64,000 nt of DNA. Origin: Actinomycetota bacterium (lineage in GTDB: Bacteria > Actinomycetota > AC-67). The notes beneath the pieces were generated by a model. That model worked only from the letters and a program-made list of their open reading frames with translations. It did no database searches and had not been told where the DNA came from. Both the position numbers and the translations under genes were made by a program. The stretch's first letter is position 1, and the number at the start of each line of letters is the position of its first letter. Shown piece after piece: positions 19,222 to 27,902 of the stretch. The DNA lies in the NCBI GenBank assembly GCA_046713235.1, contig JBKKBZ010000116.1:2742-66741 (forward strand), given 5' to 3'.

Positions 19222-20359
19222 GCTCTGGGGAGCAATCTTAGGAGGCTTCGGCTTCGCCCTCGATGCCATCTTCCGGGTCGTTCCTTCATACGGCGTAGCG
19301 ATCATCCTGCTCACGCTGGTCGCCCGGGCGCTCATCGCCCCCTTGGGCGTGAAGCAGATCAAGAGCATGCAGCAGATGCAGAAGTTGCAGCCGGAGGTAA
19401 AGAAGCTCCAGCAAAAGCACAAGGGCGACCGTCAGAAGATGAACGAAGAGCTAATGAAGCTCTACCGGGAGCACGGGGCAAACCCGCTCGGCGGCTGCTT
19501 TCCCCTCATCGCGCAGTTCCCCGTTTTCATCGCGCTCTATGCGGTGATTCGCGCCGTGGTGCCTTTCCAGGCCGCTACCGAGTCGCCGATTGCCCAGCTC
19601 CCCAAGGCGACCATCTGCACGCCGGCCGGCGCGACCGGGGACCCGCTCGTTCCCTCGGTCGGCGGTGAGGCGCCGGCTGCGGTCAGCTGCGACATCAAGG
19701 ACGGGACCGAGAGCTTCAAGATCAAACAGTGGAGCACCAGGGTAGGTACTGCGGTCGCCCAGCCGCCCTCCTATCTGGCCCGCTGCAACGTACAGGGCAC
19801 GGACGCCTTCGTTTGCGCCTCGCCACTCGGGACGGGTCACCTACCCAAGGACGGGAAGCTGTTCCGACAGCTGGTCGAGGGCAAGGGGCAGTTCCTCGGC
19901 ATGCATTTGGCTTGCTCGCCTAACCAGGCGGGAAGCAGCAACGGCATCCGCCAATGCACCTCCAGCGCCAAAAAGGCCGCCGGCCCGGCCCTGATCATGT
20001 ACTACCTGCTGGTCCTGGCGATGGCCGGGACGACGTTCTTCCAGCAGCGCCAAATGATGAAGAAGGCTCCTCCTCAGCAGGCGCAGCAGATGAAGGTGAT
20101 GGGCGTCATGATGCCCGTCGTTCTCGGGTTTTTCTCTCTCCAGTTTCCGGCTGCCCTGTCCGTCTACTGGATCACCGGAAACATCTGGACGATCGTCCAG
20201 CAGAAGGTGATCATGGACAGGCAGGAGGCCGCTCAGGCTGCCCAGCCCGCTCCGAAGCCCGAGCCGGGTAAGAAGCCCGGGGGCAACAGCAAGAGGCCCG
20301 GGGGCAACAGCAAGAAGCCCGGCGAGAAGGGAAAAGGGCCGACCAAAGGTAAGGGGTAG
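19214..20359 (+). CDS. yidC: membrane protein insertase YidC with a large Cys-rich loop insertion and a basic C-terminal tail
   Basis: ATG 19214 of ORF 19112..20359 overlaps the yidD stop. Contains LLTLVARALIAPL...QKLQPEVKKLQQKH...NPLGGCFPLIAQFPVFIALY...LSVYWITGNIWTIVQQ. Confidence 0.9.
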   Translation: MAELWGAILGGFGFALDAIFRVVPSYGVAIILLTLVARALIAPLGVKQIKSMQQMQKLQPEVKKLQQKHKGDRQKMNEELMKLYREHGANPLGGCFPLIAQFPVFIALYAVIRAVVPFQAATESPIAQLPKATICTPAGATGDPLVPSVGGEAPAAVSCDIKDGTESFKIKQWSTRVGTAVAQPPSYLARCNVQGTDAFVCASPLGTGHLPKDGKLFRQLVEGKGQFLGMHLACSPNQAGSSNGIRQCTSSAKKAAGPALIMYYLLVLAMAGTTFFQQRQMMKKAPPQQAQQMKVMGVMMPVVLGFFSLQFPAALSVYWITGNIWTIVQQKVIMDRQEAAQAAQPAPKPEPGKKPGGNSKRPGGNSKKPGEKGKGPTKGKG

Positions 20360-21082
20360 GTGCGAGAGGCGGTCGAGACCGAGGGGCGTACGGTCGAGGA
20401 AGCCATCGACGCGGCGCTGGATCTCCTCGGAGCGACCGATGACGAGGTCGAGATCAAGGTCCTCGCCGAGGGAGGCACCTGGCGGGGCAATGAGATCGCG
20501 CCGGCGCGAGTCCGGGTCGGTTTTCGCGATGAGCTCAGTCCCCAGGAGCGAGCCGAGCGAGAAGAGCGCGTGCGGGAGGAGCCTCTAGATCCGGCGCTCG
20601 GGGAAGAGATCCGCCGACAGGCCGAGGTTTGCCGTGATTTCCTGGTGGGGCTGCTCGAAAAGATGGATATCGAGGCCGAAGTTACCGCGTCGACCGGCCG
20701 GGACGGGGTGGAGTTGGAGATCGAGGCAGACGGGGACGACGGGGCGCTGCTCATAGGCCGGCACGGCCTGACCCTCGATGCGCTCCAGCTGCTTACGCGG
20801 GCTCAATCCTCACGCAGCGGTGGGCCTCGATTGCCGATATCCCTCGAGATCGCCGGATATCGAGCGCGCAGGAGGGCTTCTCTGCACCATCAGGCCGGGC
20901 GCGCTGCGGAGCGCGCCCGTCGGACGGGACGTAGCATTGCCTTGGCCCCCATGACCCCTCTTGAGCGCAAGGTCGTCCACGAGGCGATTGCCGAGCTCGG
21001 GGGCGTGCGATCCCGCAGCGAAGGGGAAGCCCTCGATCGACATGTGGTGATCGAGTGGGACCAATCGCATTCCAACGGTTAG
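20360..21082 (+). CDS. jag: RNA-binding protein Jag/KhpB (Jag_N, KH, R3H domains)
   Basis: ORF 20360..21082. N-terminus EGRTVEEAIDAALDLLG, C-terminal R3H region LAPMTPLERKVVHEAI. Conserved position after yidC. Confidence 0.88.
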   Translation: MREAVETEGRTVEEAIDAALDLLGATDDEVEIKVLAEGGTWRGNEIAPARVRVGFRDELSPQERAEREERVREEPLDPALGEEIRRQAEVCRDFLVGLLEKMDIEAEVTASTGRDGVELEIEADGDDGALLIGRHGLTLDALQLLTRAQSSRSGGPRLPISLEIAGYRARRRASLHHQAGRAAERARRTGRSIALAPMTPLERKVVHEAIAELGGVRSRSEGEALDRHVVIEWDQSHSNG

Positions 21083-21096
21083 TTTCACGGGAAACA
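21081..21096. promoter_or_regulatory. parS: parS-like centromere site
   Basis: AGTTTCACGGGAAACA matches the consensus TGTTTCACGTGAAACA at 14 of 16 positions. It spans the jag stop and the rsmG start. Confidence 0.6.
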
Positions 21097-21704
21097 TGGA
21101 CGCGTCCTCGGTTGTTGCCGGGCTGCTCCACGAGTTGAGCCTGCCCGATCAGGTGCTCTCCCTGTTGCTCGCGCACGCGCAGGCCGTGGCCCGGGAGGCG
21201 GATCGCCTGGGGCTTGTCTCGGATCGAGACGTCGAGCGGGTCCTGCTCAGGCATACGGCCGACTCCCTCCTCGTCGCCCTAGCCCGTCGCCCCGCCGCGG
21301 GAGAGCGCTGGGTGGACGTGGGATCGGGCGCGGGATTCCCGGGCTTGGTCCTTGCGGCGGCGTTCCCTGCGACCCGGTTCGTCTTGCTCGAACCGCAGCA
21401 GCGCCGCGCCGGATTCCTCGACCTGCAGATTCTCACGCTCGGCCTCACGAACGCCGAAGTGCTGCGGCAACGCCTCGAGCAGTTTCCGCGGTCCTGGGCC
21501 GACGTGATCGTCGCTCGGGCGCTCGATCGGCCCCATAGCAGTCTTCTGCTCTTGCAGGAACCTCTGGTTGATGGAGGGATGGCGTTGATTCTCGGCGGGC
21601 CGGGGACCCCGGCTCCCGCCGGCGCCACAATCGTCGACGTCGCTCGTCCTTCCGTGGAGTCTCCCGGGATGGTGTTTATGATGGCCAAGGAGCCTAGAGT
21701 ATGA
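21096..21704 (+). CDS. rsmG: 16S rRNA (guanine527-N7)-methyltransferase RsmG
   Basis: ORF 21096..21704. SAM motif VDVGSGAGFPGLVLA. Conserved position between jag and parA. Confidence 0.88.
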   Translation: MDASSVVAGLLHELSLPDQVLSLLLAHAQAVAREADRLGLVSDRDVERVLLRHTADSLLVALARRPAAGERWVDVGSGAGFPGLVLAAAFPATRFVLLEPQQRRAGFLDLQILTLGLTNAEVLRQRLEQFPRSWADVIVARALDRPHSSLLLLQEPLVDGGMALILGGPGTPAPAGATIVDVARPSVESPGMVFMMAKEPRV

Positions 21705-21748
21705 TCCAGTTTTTGCCAGATAGTAAAGCCTACAAACCAGGATAACCG

Positions 21749-22615
21749 ATGGAAGATTCTGGGATTATTTTTTCATTCTGCAACCAGAAGGGCGGGGTGG
21801 GCAAGACGACCACCGCGGTCAATCTCGGCGCATGCCTTGCCGAGGTGGGCGCCAAGGTTCTTCTCGTAGACGTGGATCCTCAGGGAAACGCGTCCTCGGG
21901 GGTCGGCATCGTTCGGGATCAAGGCGCCGTCGGCACCTACGAGCTGCTGGGTGGCGCAGGCCTGGACGAGGCCGTCACGACGACGTCGGTGCCCGGTCTG
22001 GACGTGATTCCGTCGTCGATGGACCTGGCCGGAGCGGAGATCGAGCTCGTTTCGGCGCTGGCGCGCGAGTCCAAGCTGCGCGGCGCGCTGGCCCCAGCGC
22101 GGAGCCGTTACGACTACATCCTCGTAGACTCCCCGCCGTCGCTCGGCTTGCTGGCGATCAACGCGCTGGTGGCAGCCGACGCCGTAATCATCCCGATCCA
22201 GTGCGAGTACTACGCGCTGGAGGGCCTGGGACAGCTCCTGCGCACGATCGATCTCGTTCGCGAGGGATTGAACGGCGATCTCGAGATCGGGGGCGTCGTG
22301 CTCACCATGTACGACGCACGCACCAGGCTGTCGGAGCAGGTGGTGAACGATGTGCGCGCCCACCTCGGGGACGTCGTCTTTCGCATGGTCATTCCGCGTT
22401 CGGTTCGGCTGTCTGAAGCGCCGGGCTATGGAAAGCCGGTGACACTCTACGATTCGGCATCGCGAGGTGCGTTTACCTACAGGGCGCTGTGTCGTGAGCT
22501 CGTGCACCGCTGGCCACGGGGCGCCGCCGCGGCGCTGCTCGACCAGCCGGCCGCGGTCGTGAGCCTGGACGATCGAGTCGAGCGTTCGGCCGGCGTCGAG
22601 AGGAGAGCAGGGTGA
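21749..22615 (+). CDS. parA: chromosome partitioning ATPase ParA/Soj
   Basis: ORF 21749..22615. Deviant Walker A NQKGGVGKTTTAVNL; also VDVDPQGNASSG. Confidence 0.95.
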   Translation: MEDSGIIFSFCNQKGGVGKTTTAVNLGACLAEVGAKVLLVDVDPQGNASSGVGIVRDQGAVGTYELLGGAGLDEAVTTTSVPGLDVIPSSMDLAGAEIELVSALARESKLRGALAPARSRYDYILVDSPPSLGLLAINALVAADAVIIPIQCEYYALEGLGQLLRTIDLVREGLNGDLEIGGVVLTMYDARTRLSEQVVNDVRAHLGDVVFRMVIPRSVRLSEAPGYGKPVTLYDSASRGAFTYRALCRELVHRWPRGAAAALLDQPAAVVSLDDRVERSAGVERRAG

Positions 22616-23475
22616 GCAGAGCAGCGGGAGGACTCGGCAGGGGGTTGTCGGCGTTGCTGCAGCCGGACTCCGGCATTGGCTATCGCGACGTGCCGGTCGG
22701 GGACATCGTCCCCAACCCTCGGCAGCCGCGTCGAACCTTTGACCCTCAAGCCGTCGATGACTTGACGGCGTCGATTCGCGCCGTCGGCGTCTTGCAGCCG
22801 GTCGTGGTACGCAGGGATGGAGAACGATTTCAGCTCGTGGTTGGTGAGCGTCGCTGGCGTGCCGCGATGAAGGCCGGCCTGGAGCGCATCCCCGCGATCG
22901 TTCGCGAGACCGACGACTTCTCGATGCTGAGCGAAGCGCTGATCGAAAATCTTCAGCGGGAGGACCTCAATCCACTCGAGGAGGCGGCGGCCTTTCGCGC
23001 GCTGATCGAGGACGGGGGACTGACTCACGACGACGTTGCGAACCGGGTGGGTAGAAGCCGGGCCGCGGTGACGAACGCGCTCCGGCTGCTCGGCTTGGCG
23101 CCGGGCGTCCAGGAGCGCCTCGCTTCCGGGGCGCTCTCGGCGGCACACGGCCGGGCGATTGCCGCGCTCGCGGATGCCGCAACGCAGGAGCGAGCGGCTA
23201 CCCGCGTTCTGGCTGAAGGGCTAAGCGTGAGGGCAGCCGAGGAACTCGTCCGGCGGCTCGCGGCGTCCGGAGAACGGCTGGCGGAACGCGCGGCAAAGAC
23301 CCGACGCGCGCCGCCGGAGAGGCCGCCGGGAATCCTGGAAGTGGAGCGCCGGCTGTCGGATATGCTGGATACGCGCGTACGCATCCGCACAACGGGCCGG
23401 CGCGGGAGCATCGAGGTCGAGTTCGCCGACCTCGAGGACCTCGAGCGGATCTGGCGCGCGATCGCCCCCAAATAG
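22612..23475 (+). CDS. parB: chromosome partitioning protein ParB/Spo0J
   Basis: ORF 22612..23475. Contains IVPNPRQPRRTFD, GERRWRAA and an HTH region. The start overlaps the parA stop by 4 nt. Confidence 0.95.
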   Translation: MSRAAGGLGRGLSALLQPDSGIGYRDVPVGDIVPNPRQPRRTFDPQAVDDLTASIRAVGVLQPVVVRRDGERFQLVVGERRWRAAMKAGLERIPAIVRETDDFSMLSEALIENLQREDLNPLEEAAAFRALIEDGGLTHDDVANRVGRSRAAVTNALRLLGLAPGVQERLASGALSAAHGRAIAALADAATQERAATRVLAEGLSVRAAEELVRRLAASGERLAERAAKTRRAPPERPPGILEVERRLSDMLDTRVRIRTTGRRGSIEVEFADLEDLERIWRAIAPK

Positions 23476-23499
23476 CGACCGTACACACAGGAGCGTCCG

Positions 23500-24669
23500 G
23501 TGGAGTTCCGCCGCATCGATCGCCTGCCGCCCTACGTTTTCAACGTCGTCAACGAGCTGAAGGCCCTGGCCCGGCGAGAAGGAGACGACGTCGTCGACCT
23601 CGGCATGGGGAATCCTGATCTCGCGACCCCTGCTCGCGTCGTCGAGAAGCTCGTCGAGGCGGCGCAAAACTCGCGCAATCACCGCTACTCGACGAGCCGG
23701 GGCATCCCCAAACTCCGATCGGCGATTTGCGATTGGTACCGGCGCCGCTACGGGGTCCGGCTTGATCCGGAAACGGAGGTTACCTCGACGATCGGGGCCA
23801 AAGAGGGTCTGAGCCATCTGGCCTGGGCGCTGGTCGAACCCGGAGACACCTGCCTCGTTCCGGAACCGACTTACCCCATCCACACGTTCTCGCTGGCCCT
23901 GGCCGGAGCACAGGTGCGCTCCGTACCTCTCGGGCCGGAGGAGGATGTCTTCGCGAATCTTCTGGCGGCATATGAGAGCACTTGGCCGCGTCCCCGCGTT
24001 GTGCTCACGAGTTTTCCGCACAACCCGACCACGGCGTGCGTCGACCGAACGTTCTTCGAGCGGCTCGTGCAGTTCGCGCACGAGCGTAACCTGATGGTGA
24101 TTCACGATTTCGCCTACGCGGACTTGTGCTTCGACGGCTACCACGCGCCGAGCTTTCTCGAAGTTCCCGGTGCCATCGACGTCGGCGTCGAGGTGTTTTC
24201 GTTGTCGAAATCCTTCTCGATGCCCGGCTGGCGCATTGCCTTCGTGGTGGGCAACCGGGAGATGGTCGGCGCGTTGACGCGCCTGAAGTCCTATCTCGAC
24301 TACGGCGTGTTCCAGCCGATTCAGATCGCGGCGATCATCGCGCTCAATGAGTGCGAGGACGAGACCAAGGTCTTCAACGACATCTACCGCTCACGGCGCG
24401 ACGCGCTCATCGAGGGGCTGGCTCGCGCCGGCTGGGAGGTGCCCTCGCCGAAAGCGACGATGTTCGTCTGGGCGGCCATTCCCAACGAGCACAGAGAGAA
24501 GGGGTCTCTGGAGTTCGCGAAGATGCTCCTGGCCGAAGCCAAGGTGGCCGTCGCGCCGGGGATCGGGTTCGGCCGGGCCGGCGACGGCTTCGTGCGATTC
24601 GCGCTCGTGGAGAACGAGCATCGCATTCGGCAAGCCGCTCGCGGCATCAAGCGTGCCCTGGGAGGTTGA
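23500..24669 (+). CDS. PLP-dependent class I aminotransferase (AlaT/AspC-like)
   Basis: ORF 23500..24669. Contains [21 protein letters not shown], and [15 protein letters not shown] with the PLP-binding lysine. Confidence 0.88.
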   Translation: MEFRRIDRLPPYVFNVVNELKALARREGDDVVDLGMGNPDLATPARVVEKLVEAAQNSRNHRYSTSRGIPKLRSAICDWYRRRYGVRLDPETEVTSTIGAKEGLSHLAWALVEPGDTCLVPEPTYPIHTFSLALAGAQVRSVPLGPEEDVFANLLAAYESTWPRPRVVLTSFPHNPTTACVDRTFFERLVQFAHERNLMVIHDFAYADLCFDGYHAPSFLEVPGAIDVGVEVFSLSKSFSMPGWRIAFVVGNREMVGALTRLKSYLDYGVFQPIQIAAIIALNECEDETKVFNDIYRSRRDALIEGLARAGWEVPSPKATMFVWAAIPNEHREKGSLEFAKMLLAEAKVAVAPGIGFGRAGDGFVRFALVENEHRIRQAARGIKRALGG

Positions 24670-24676
24670 TGAGGAC

Positions 24677-24814
24677 GTGACGGAAGACGTTCGGAGTCGT
24701 GGGATCGCCGAAGGCAGCGAGGTGCGGCGCGCCACGATCGCGGTCGCGCTCGGCGCCGCCGTCGGCGTCGTACTCGGATTCCTGCTACGGAGAGACGACC
24801 GCGAGGAGCACTGA
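24677..24814 (+). CDS. possible small (45 aa) single-pass membrane protein
   Basis: GTG 24677 is in the frame of ORF 24347..24814 and gives VTEDVRSRGIAEGSEVRRATIAVALGAAVGVVLGFLLRRDDREEH. The stop overlaps the next ATG (TGATG). The start codon is uncertain. Confidence 0.35.
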   Translation: MTEDVRSRGIAEGSEVRRATIAVALGAAVGVVLGFLLRRDDREEH

Positions 24815-25440
24815 TGGGCCGGCGGATCCAGGACTTGGCGCTCGGGACACTGGACCAGTTGCCGCTCAGGTGCCGGGGATGCGTTTTCTGGGAGCTCTCG
24901 CCACTGGAGCGGGCCCTTGCGATGGAGCACGATCCCGAATTCGAAAAGGAGGCCTGGGTTTCCTCGGTCTCCCTGGAGTCCGGGAACTGCGGAAAGACGG
25001 CCTACGTCGACGGCCGGCCGGCCGGCTACGCGCTTGCGGGACTCCCGGAGGACTTTCCACGCGCCGACTTCTTTCCCGCGAAGGTGTCGAAGGACGCGTA
25101 TCTGCTCGCCACGCTTTACGTCATCCCGGAGTTCGCCGGACGGGGTATCGGCAAAGCAATGATCCAGGCGGTGTTGAGGGACGCAAAGGAGCGCGGGAAG
25201 CGAGCGCTCGAGTGCTTTGCAGACCGCCGTTGGGCCGGCCCCGATTGCATGATCCCGGCCGAGTTCTGCGAGGCGGTGGGCTTCAAGATCAAGCGTGACC
25301 ACATGCGGTTTCCGTTAATGCGGATCGATGTGCGTTCGCTGGCCAAGGTCGCCGAAACCATGGAGGCGGCGGTGGAGGCTTTCCTAGAGGCCGTTCGGGT
25401 GACAGAGCCTGCCACCCGTCCCGCAGGCATGCGGCCCTAG
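24814..25440 (+). CDS. GNAT-family N-acetyltransferase
   Basis: ORF 24814..25440. Acetyl-CoA motif region VIPEFAGRGIGKAMIQAVLRDAKERG. N-terminal CRGC motif. Confidence 0.75.
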   Translation: MGRRIQDLALGTLDQLPLRCRGCVFWELSPLERALAMEHDPEFEKEAWVSSVSLESGNCGKTAYVDGRPAGYALAGLPEDFPRADFFPAKVSKDAYLLATLYVIPEFAGRGIGKAMIQAVLRDAKERGKRALECFADRRWAGPDCMIPAEFCEAVGFKIKRDHMRFPLMRIDVRSLAKVAETMEAAVEAFLEAVRVTEPATRPAGMRP

Positions 25441-25448
25441 CGCGTTTG

Positions 25449-26540
25449 CTAGGCAGGGACGGCGGACGAAGCGAATCGCCCGACGGCCTCCGCCAGCGCG
25501 CCGGCAAGCATGCGGCGGAACCTATCGTCGGCGAGTAGCGCCTCATCGGCCGGGCTCGTCAGGTAAGCGGGCTCGAGGTGAACCGCCGGCATGCGAGTCT
25601 CTCGCAAAATCGGCCACGTCTTGGCGTGCGTCCGGCCGTCGGTGAGGCCGAGCCCACACACGGCCGATTGGCAGAGATCGGCGAGTCTGGCTCCTACCTG
25701 AGACTCGAATCGCTCGTGTCCGTAGTAGAAGGTTGCCGATCCGCTCGCCGCCGAATCGGTGTGTGCCGCGGTGTGGATCGAAAGAAAGATGTCGGCGGAA
25801 AGGCGATTGGCAAGATGTGCCCGTTCCCGGTCGGTTGGGTTCGCCATGTCGTCACGCGTCAGGAACACCGATGCCCCGGAAACCGCGAGGCGTTCCTCGA
25901 GATGCCGGGCGACGGCATACACGCAGTCGGCTTCTGCCAGGCCGTCCGGACCCACATCTCCGCGGTCGGGACCGCCATGTCCCGGGTCGATCACTACGAC
26001 CAGCCCGGGCGTGCCGGCAAGACGGCGAAAGGACTCGCGCTCACGAATCGGCCCCACCTGAGGAACGGTTGGGTGAGCGAGATGGGGAAGGCCGGCCAGC
26101 GCGCGAACCGTCGATTCCCCGACGATCGCGTCGGGGGGGAGTCCGTAATTCTCCTGAAACTCGCGCAACGCAAGCGCGGTTCGGGGCCCGAGAATGCCGT
26201 CGACCCTGCCGGCGTCGAATCCGAGCGCGCTCAACCGCTCCTGAAGCTCCCGCACGTCGTCGCCGCGGATCTGTGGGGAACGCAGATACAGCGTGCGATC
26301 GCCCAGCCGCCAGGAGGCCTCCACTAGCTCGCGCCAGGTATCGGGACCGACGAGACCGTCTACGAGAAGACCTCGCGCTTGCTGGAAAGAGCTGACGGCT
26401 TGAGCCGTTCCGGAACCGAACGCCCGGCTCCCCTCGTCCTCGCCTACCGAATGGCCGAGAGCGATCAGCCGCTGCTGGATGTCGCGGACTGCTCGTCCTC
26501 GGGCTCCCGGTCCGATGACCATGGCGCTATCCTTCCCCAA
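25449..26540 (-). CDS. cwlM: CwlM-like N-acetylmuramoyl-L-alanine amidase (2x PG-binding domain plus Amidase_3), no signal peptide
   Basis: ORF 25449..26540. Two PG_binding_1 repeats (VRDIQQRLIALG...GPDTWRELV; VRELQERLSALGF...GPRTALALREFQ) are followed by VVIDPGHGGPD...FLSIHTAAH. Confidence 0.88.
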   Translation of the reverse strand: MGKDSAMVIGPGARGRAVRDIQQRLIALGHSVGEDEGSRAFGSGTAQAVSSFQQARGLLVDGLVGPDTWRELVEASWRLGDRTLYLRSPQIRGDDVRELQERLSALGFDAGRVDGILGPRTALALREFQENYGLPPDAIVGESTVRALAGLPHLAHPTVPQVGPIRERESFRRLAGTPGLVVVIDPGHGGPDRGDVGPDGLAEADCVYAVARHLEERLAVSGASVFLTRDDMANPTDRERAHLANRLSADIFLSIHTAAHTDSAASGSATFYYGHERFESQVGARLADLCQSAVCGLGLTDGRTHAKTWPILRETRMPAVHLEPAYLTSPADEALLADDRFRRMLAGALAEAVGRFASSAVPA

Positions 26541-26563
26541 TCGTCCCCTCGAAGCGAACTCCT

Positions 26564-26636
26564 GGAGTGGGCAGATCTCTGCTGTGGGGGTCTCGTCGTT
26601 GAGAGCACCGGCCGGGTTCGAATCCGTTCACCTCCA
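26564..26636 (+). pseudogene. decayed tRNA-like element (good 3' half, non-functional fold)
   Basis: A 73-nt stretch ends ...GGGTTCGAATCCGTTCACCTCCA-CAA, giving a T-loop, a 3' acceptor strand and a discriminator. The 5' strand GGAGTGG pairs at only 5 of 7 positions, and the T-stem, D-arm and anticodon arm do not fold. Confidence 0.35.
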
Positions 26637-26734
26637 CAACCGCTTCTGGCCTGCGCGTTTGAGAAATGCACCCCACCGGTTCGCGAACCGGCGCGCCTCG
26701 AGATCGGTTGCCGCGACTTGTGGGCTGGGCAGGG

Positions 26735-26950
26735 CTACCGAGCGTAGATGGCGGGCCGATAACGGGGGCGCGGAATCGGTCGCCCTTCCTCACGGGCTGC
26801 CGCGAGCCACGCTTCCTTCGCGCGGTTGACTTCCGCGACCGCCTCCTCGGGAGTCTTGCCGAAGGCGGAGCACGCCTCAAGGTCGGGGATGTCGGCGATG
26901 TAGCCGCCGTCCTCCTCGCTGTAGAAAACGTTGATGTGGTAGTCGCTCAC
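26735..26950 (-). CDS. hicB: type II antitoxin HicB
   Basis: ORF 26735..26950. Contains YHINVFYSEEDGGYIADIPDLEACSAFGKTPEEAVAEVNRAKEAWL, the HicB/UPF0150 fold signature. It overlaps hicA by 4 nt. Confidence 0.85.
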   Translation of the reverse strand: MSDYHINVFYSEEDGGYIADIPDLEACSAFGKTPEEAVAEVNRAKEAWLAAAREEGRPIPRPRYRPAIYAR

Positions 26951-27279
26951 CGGTCCTCCCTGAGCTTCAAAGCATACCGTTCAACGAGCTTCATGAGCTG
27001 ACGGACCTGGTAGGGCTTCGCCTGACCGCTCACCTCTTGGAGGTTGACGAGCTCCGAGAGGTCCGGATGGCCGTAGATGTGATGACTCCCTGAGACCCGC
27101 TTTCGCTCGAACCCAAAGGCCTCCACGAGCCGGGCAAGATCATCGAACGAGACGTTCTTCACCGATCCTCGGGCTACGCGGCGAAGGAGCTTGCGAGGAT
27201 CCACGAGAACCACCCTATCGGGGACCGCCGTCACAATACCGAGGTCGCCGTTCGTGTGGACCGCGACCGCTGAGTCCAT
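26947..27279 (-). CDS. hicA: type II toxin HicA (mRNA interferase)
   Basis: ORF 26947..27279. Contains LARLVEAFGFERKRVSGSHHIYGHP...KPYQVRQLMKLVE. A shorter start at GTG 27204, preceded by AGGGTGG, would give the usual size of about 85 aa. Confidence 0.82.
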   Translation of the reverse strand: MDSAVAVHTNGDLGIVTAVPDRVVLVDPRKLLRRVARGSVKNVSFDDLARLVEAFGFERKRVSGSHHIYGHPDLSELVNLQEVSGQAKPYQVRQLMKLVERYALKLREDR

Positions 27280-27452
27280 CTTGGAGAAGGTCGCGCGGGG
27301 TCGCGTGGCCCTCGCACAAACCGCCGGTTAAACATGAGACACCACACTAGGGAAGCCCCGAGTTCAGCCCGCCCTCCCGCGCCGAGGGGAGCGTTGCGGA
27401 CGCCCCGTAGCCCGGCAACGGGCTCAACTCGCGTGGATCGGTCGGGATTGTT

Positions 27453-27479
27453 GTGGCACTCGACCAACTGGTCGGCCAC
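27453..27479 (-). terminator. hairpin immediately downstream of trxA
   Basis: GTGGC-act-CGACC-aact-GGTCG-GCCAC begins 6 nt after the trxA stop. There is no U-tract. Confidence 0.35.
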
Positions 27480-27484
27480 CTCGG

Positions 27485-27814
27485 TTAGGTGATGAATTCC
27501 TGGAGTTCGCCGAGGATCTGGGCCTTGCCTCGGGCGCCGACCACGCGGCGCTTTTCGACCCCATCCACGAAGAGCAGCATGGAGGGGATCGACATGATCC
27601 CGTAGCGCATCGAGGTTTGGGGGTTTGAGTCCACGTCGAGCTTGACGATGGTCAGGTTCCCCTGCTTTTCCTGGGCGATTTCCTCAAGGACCGGGGCCAC
27701 CATATGGCATGGCCCGCACCAGTCCGCCCAGAAGTCGACGAGGACGGGCGTACCGGCCTTGAGAACCTTCTCCTCGAAATCCGAATCGGTGACTTGGATG
27801 ATTGGGCCGCTCAT
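27485..27814 (-). CDS. trxA: thioredoxin
   Basis: ORF 27485..27814, 109 aa, active site WADWCGPC. Confidence 0.95.
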   Translation of the reverse strand: MSGPIIQVTDSDFEEKVLKAGTPVLVDFWADWCGPCHMVAPVLEEIAQEKQGNLTIVKLDVDSNPQTSMRYGIMSIPSMLLFVDGVEKRRVVGARGKAQILGELQEFIT

Positions 27815-27902
27815 GGTGGGAATCCTCCGTGTCGATGGTCGTCAGAGTCTAATACCGAGCCTCGACGCCCGAAACGTCGTCCCGGCTCCGCCTATTCCCG
27901 GC

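Noticed and set aside
26564-26636. Functional tRNA gene
   Set aside because: Only the T-loop and 3' acceptor strand look tRNA-like. The acceptor stem pairs at 5 of 7 positions, the T-stem at 2 of 5, and no D or anticodon arm forms. It is kept only as a relic or pseudogene candidate.
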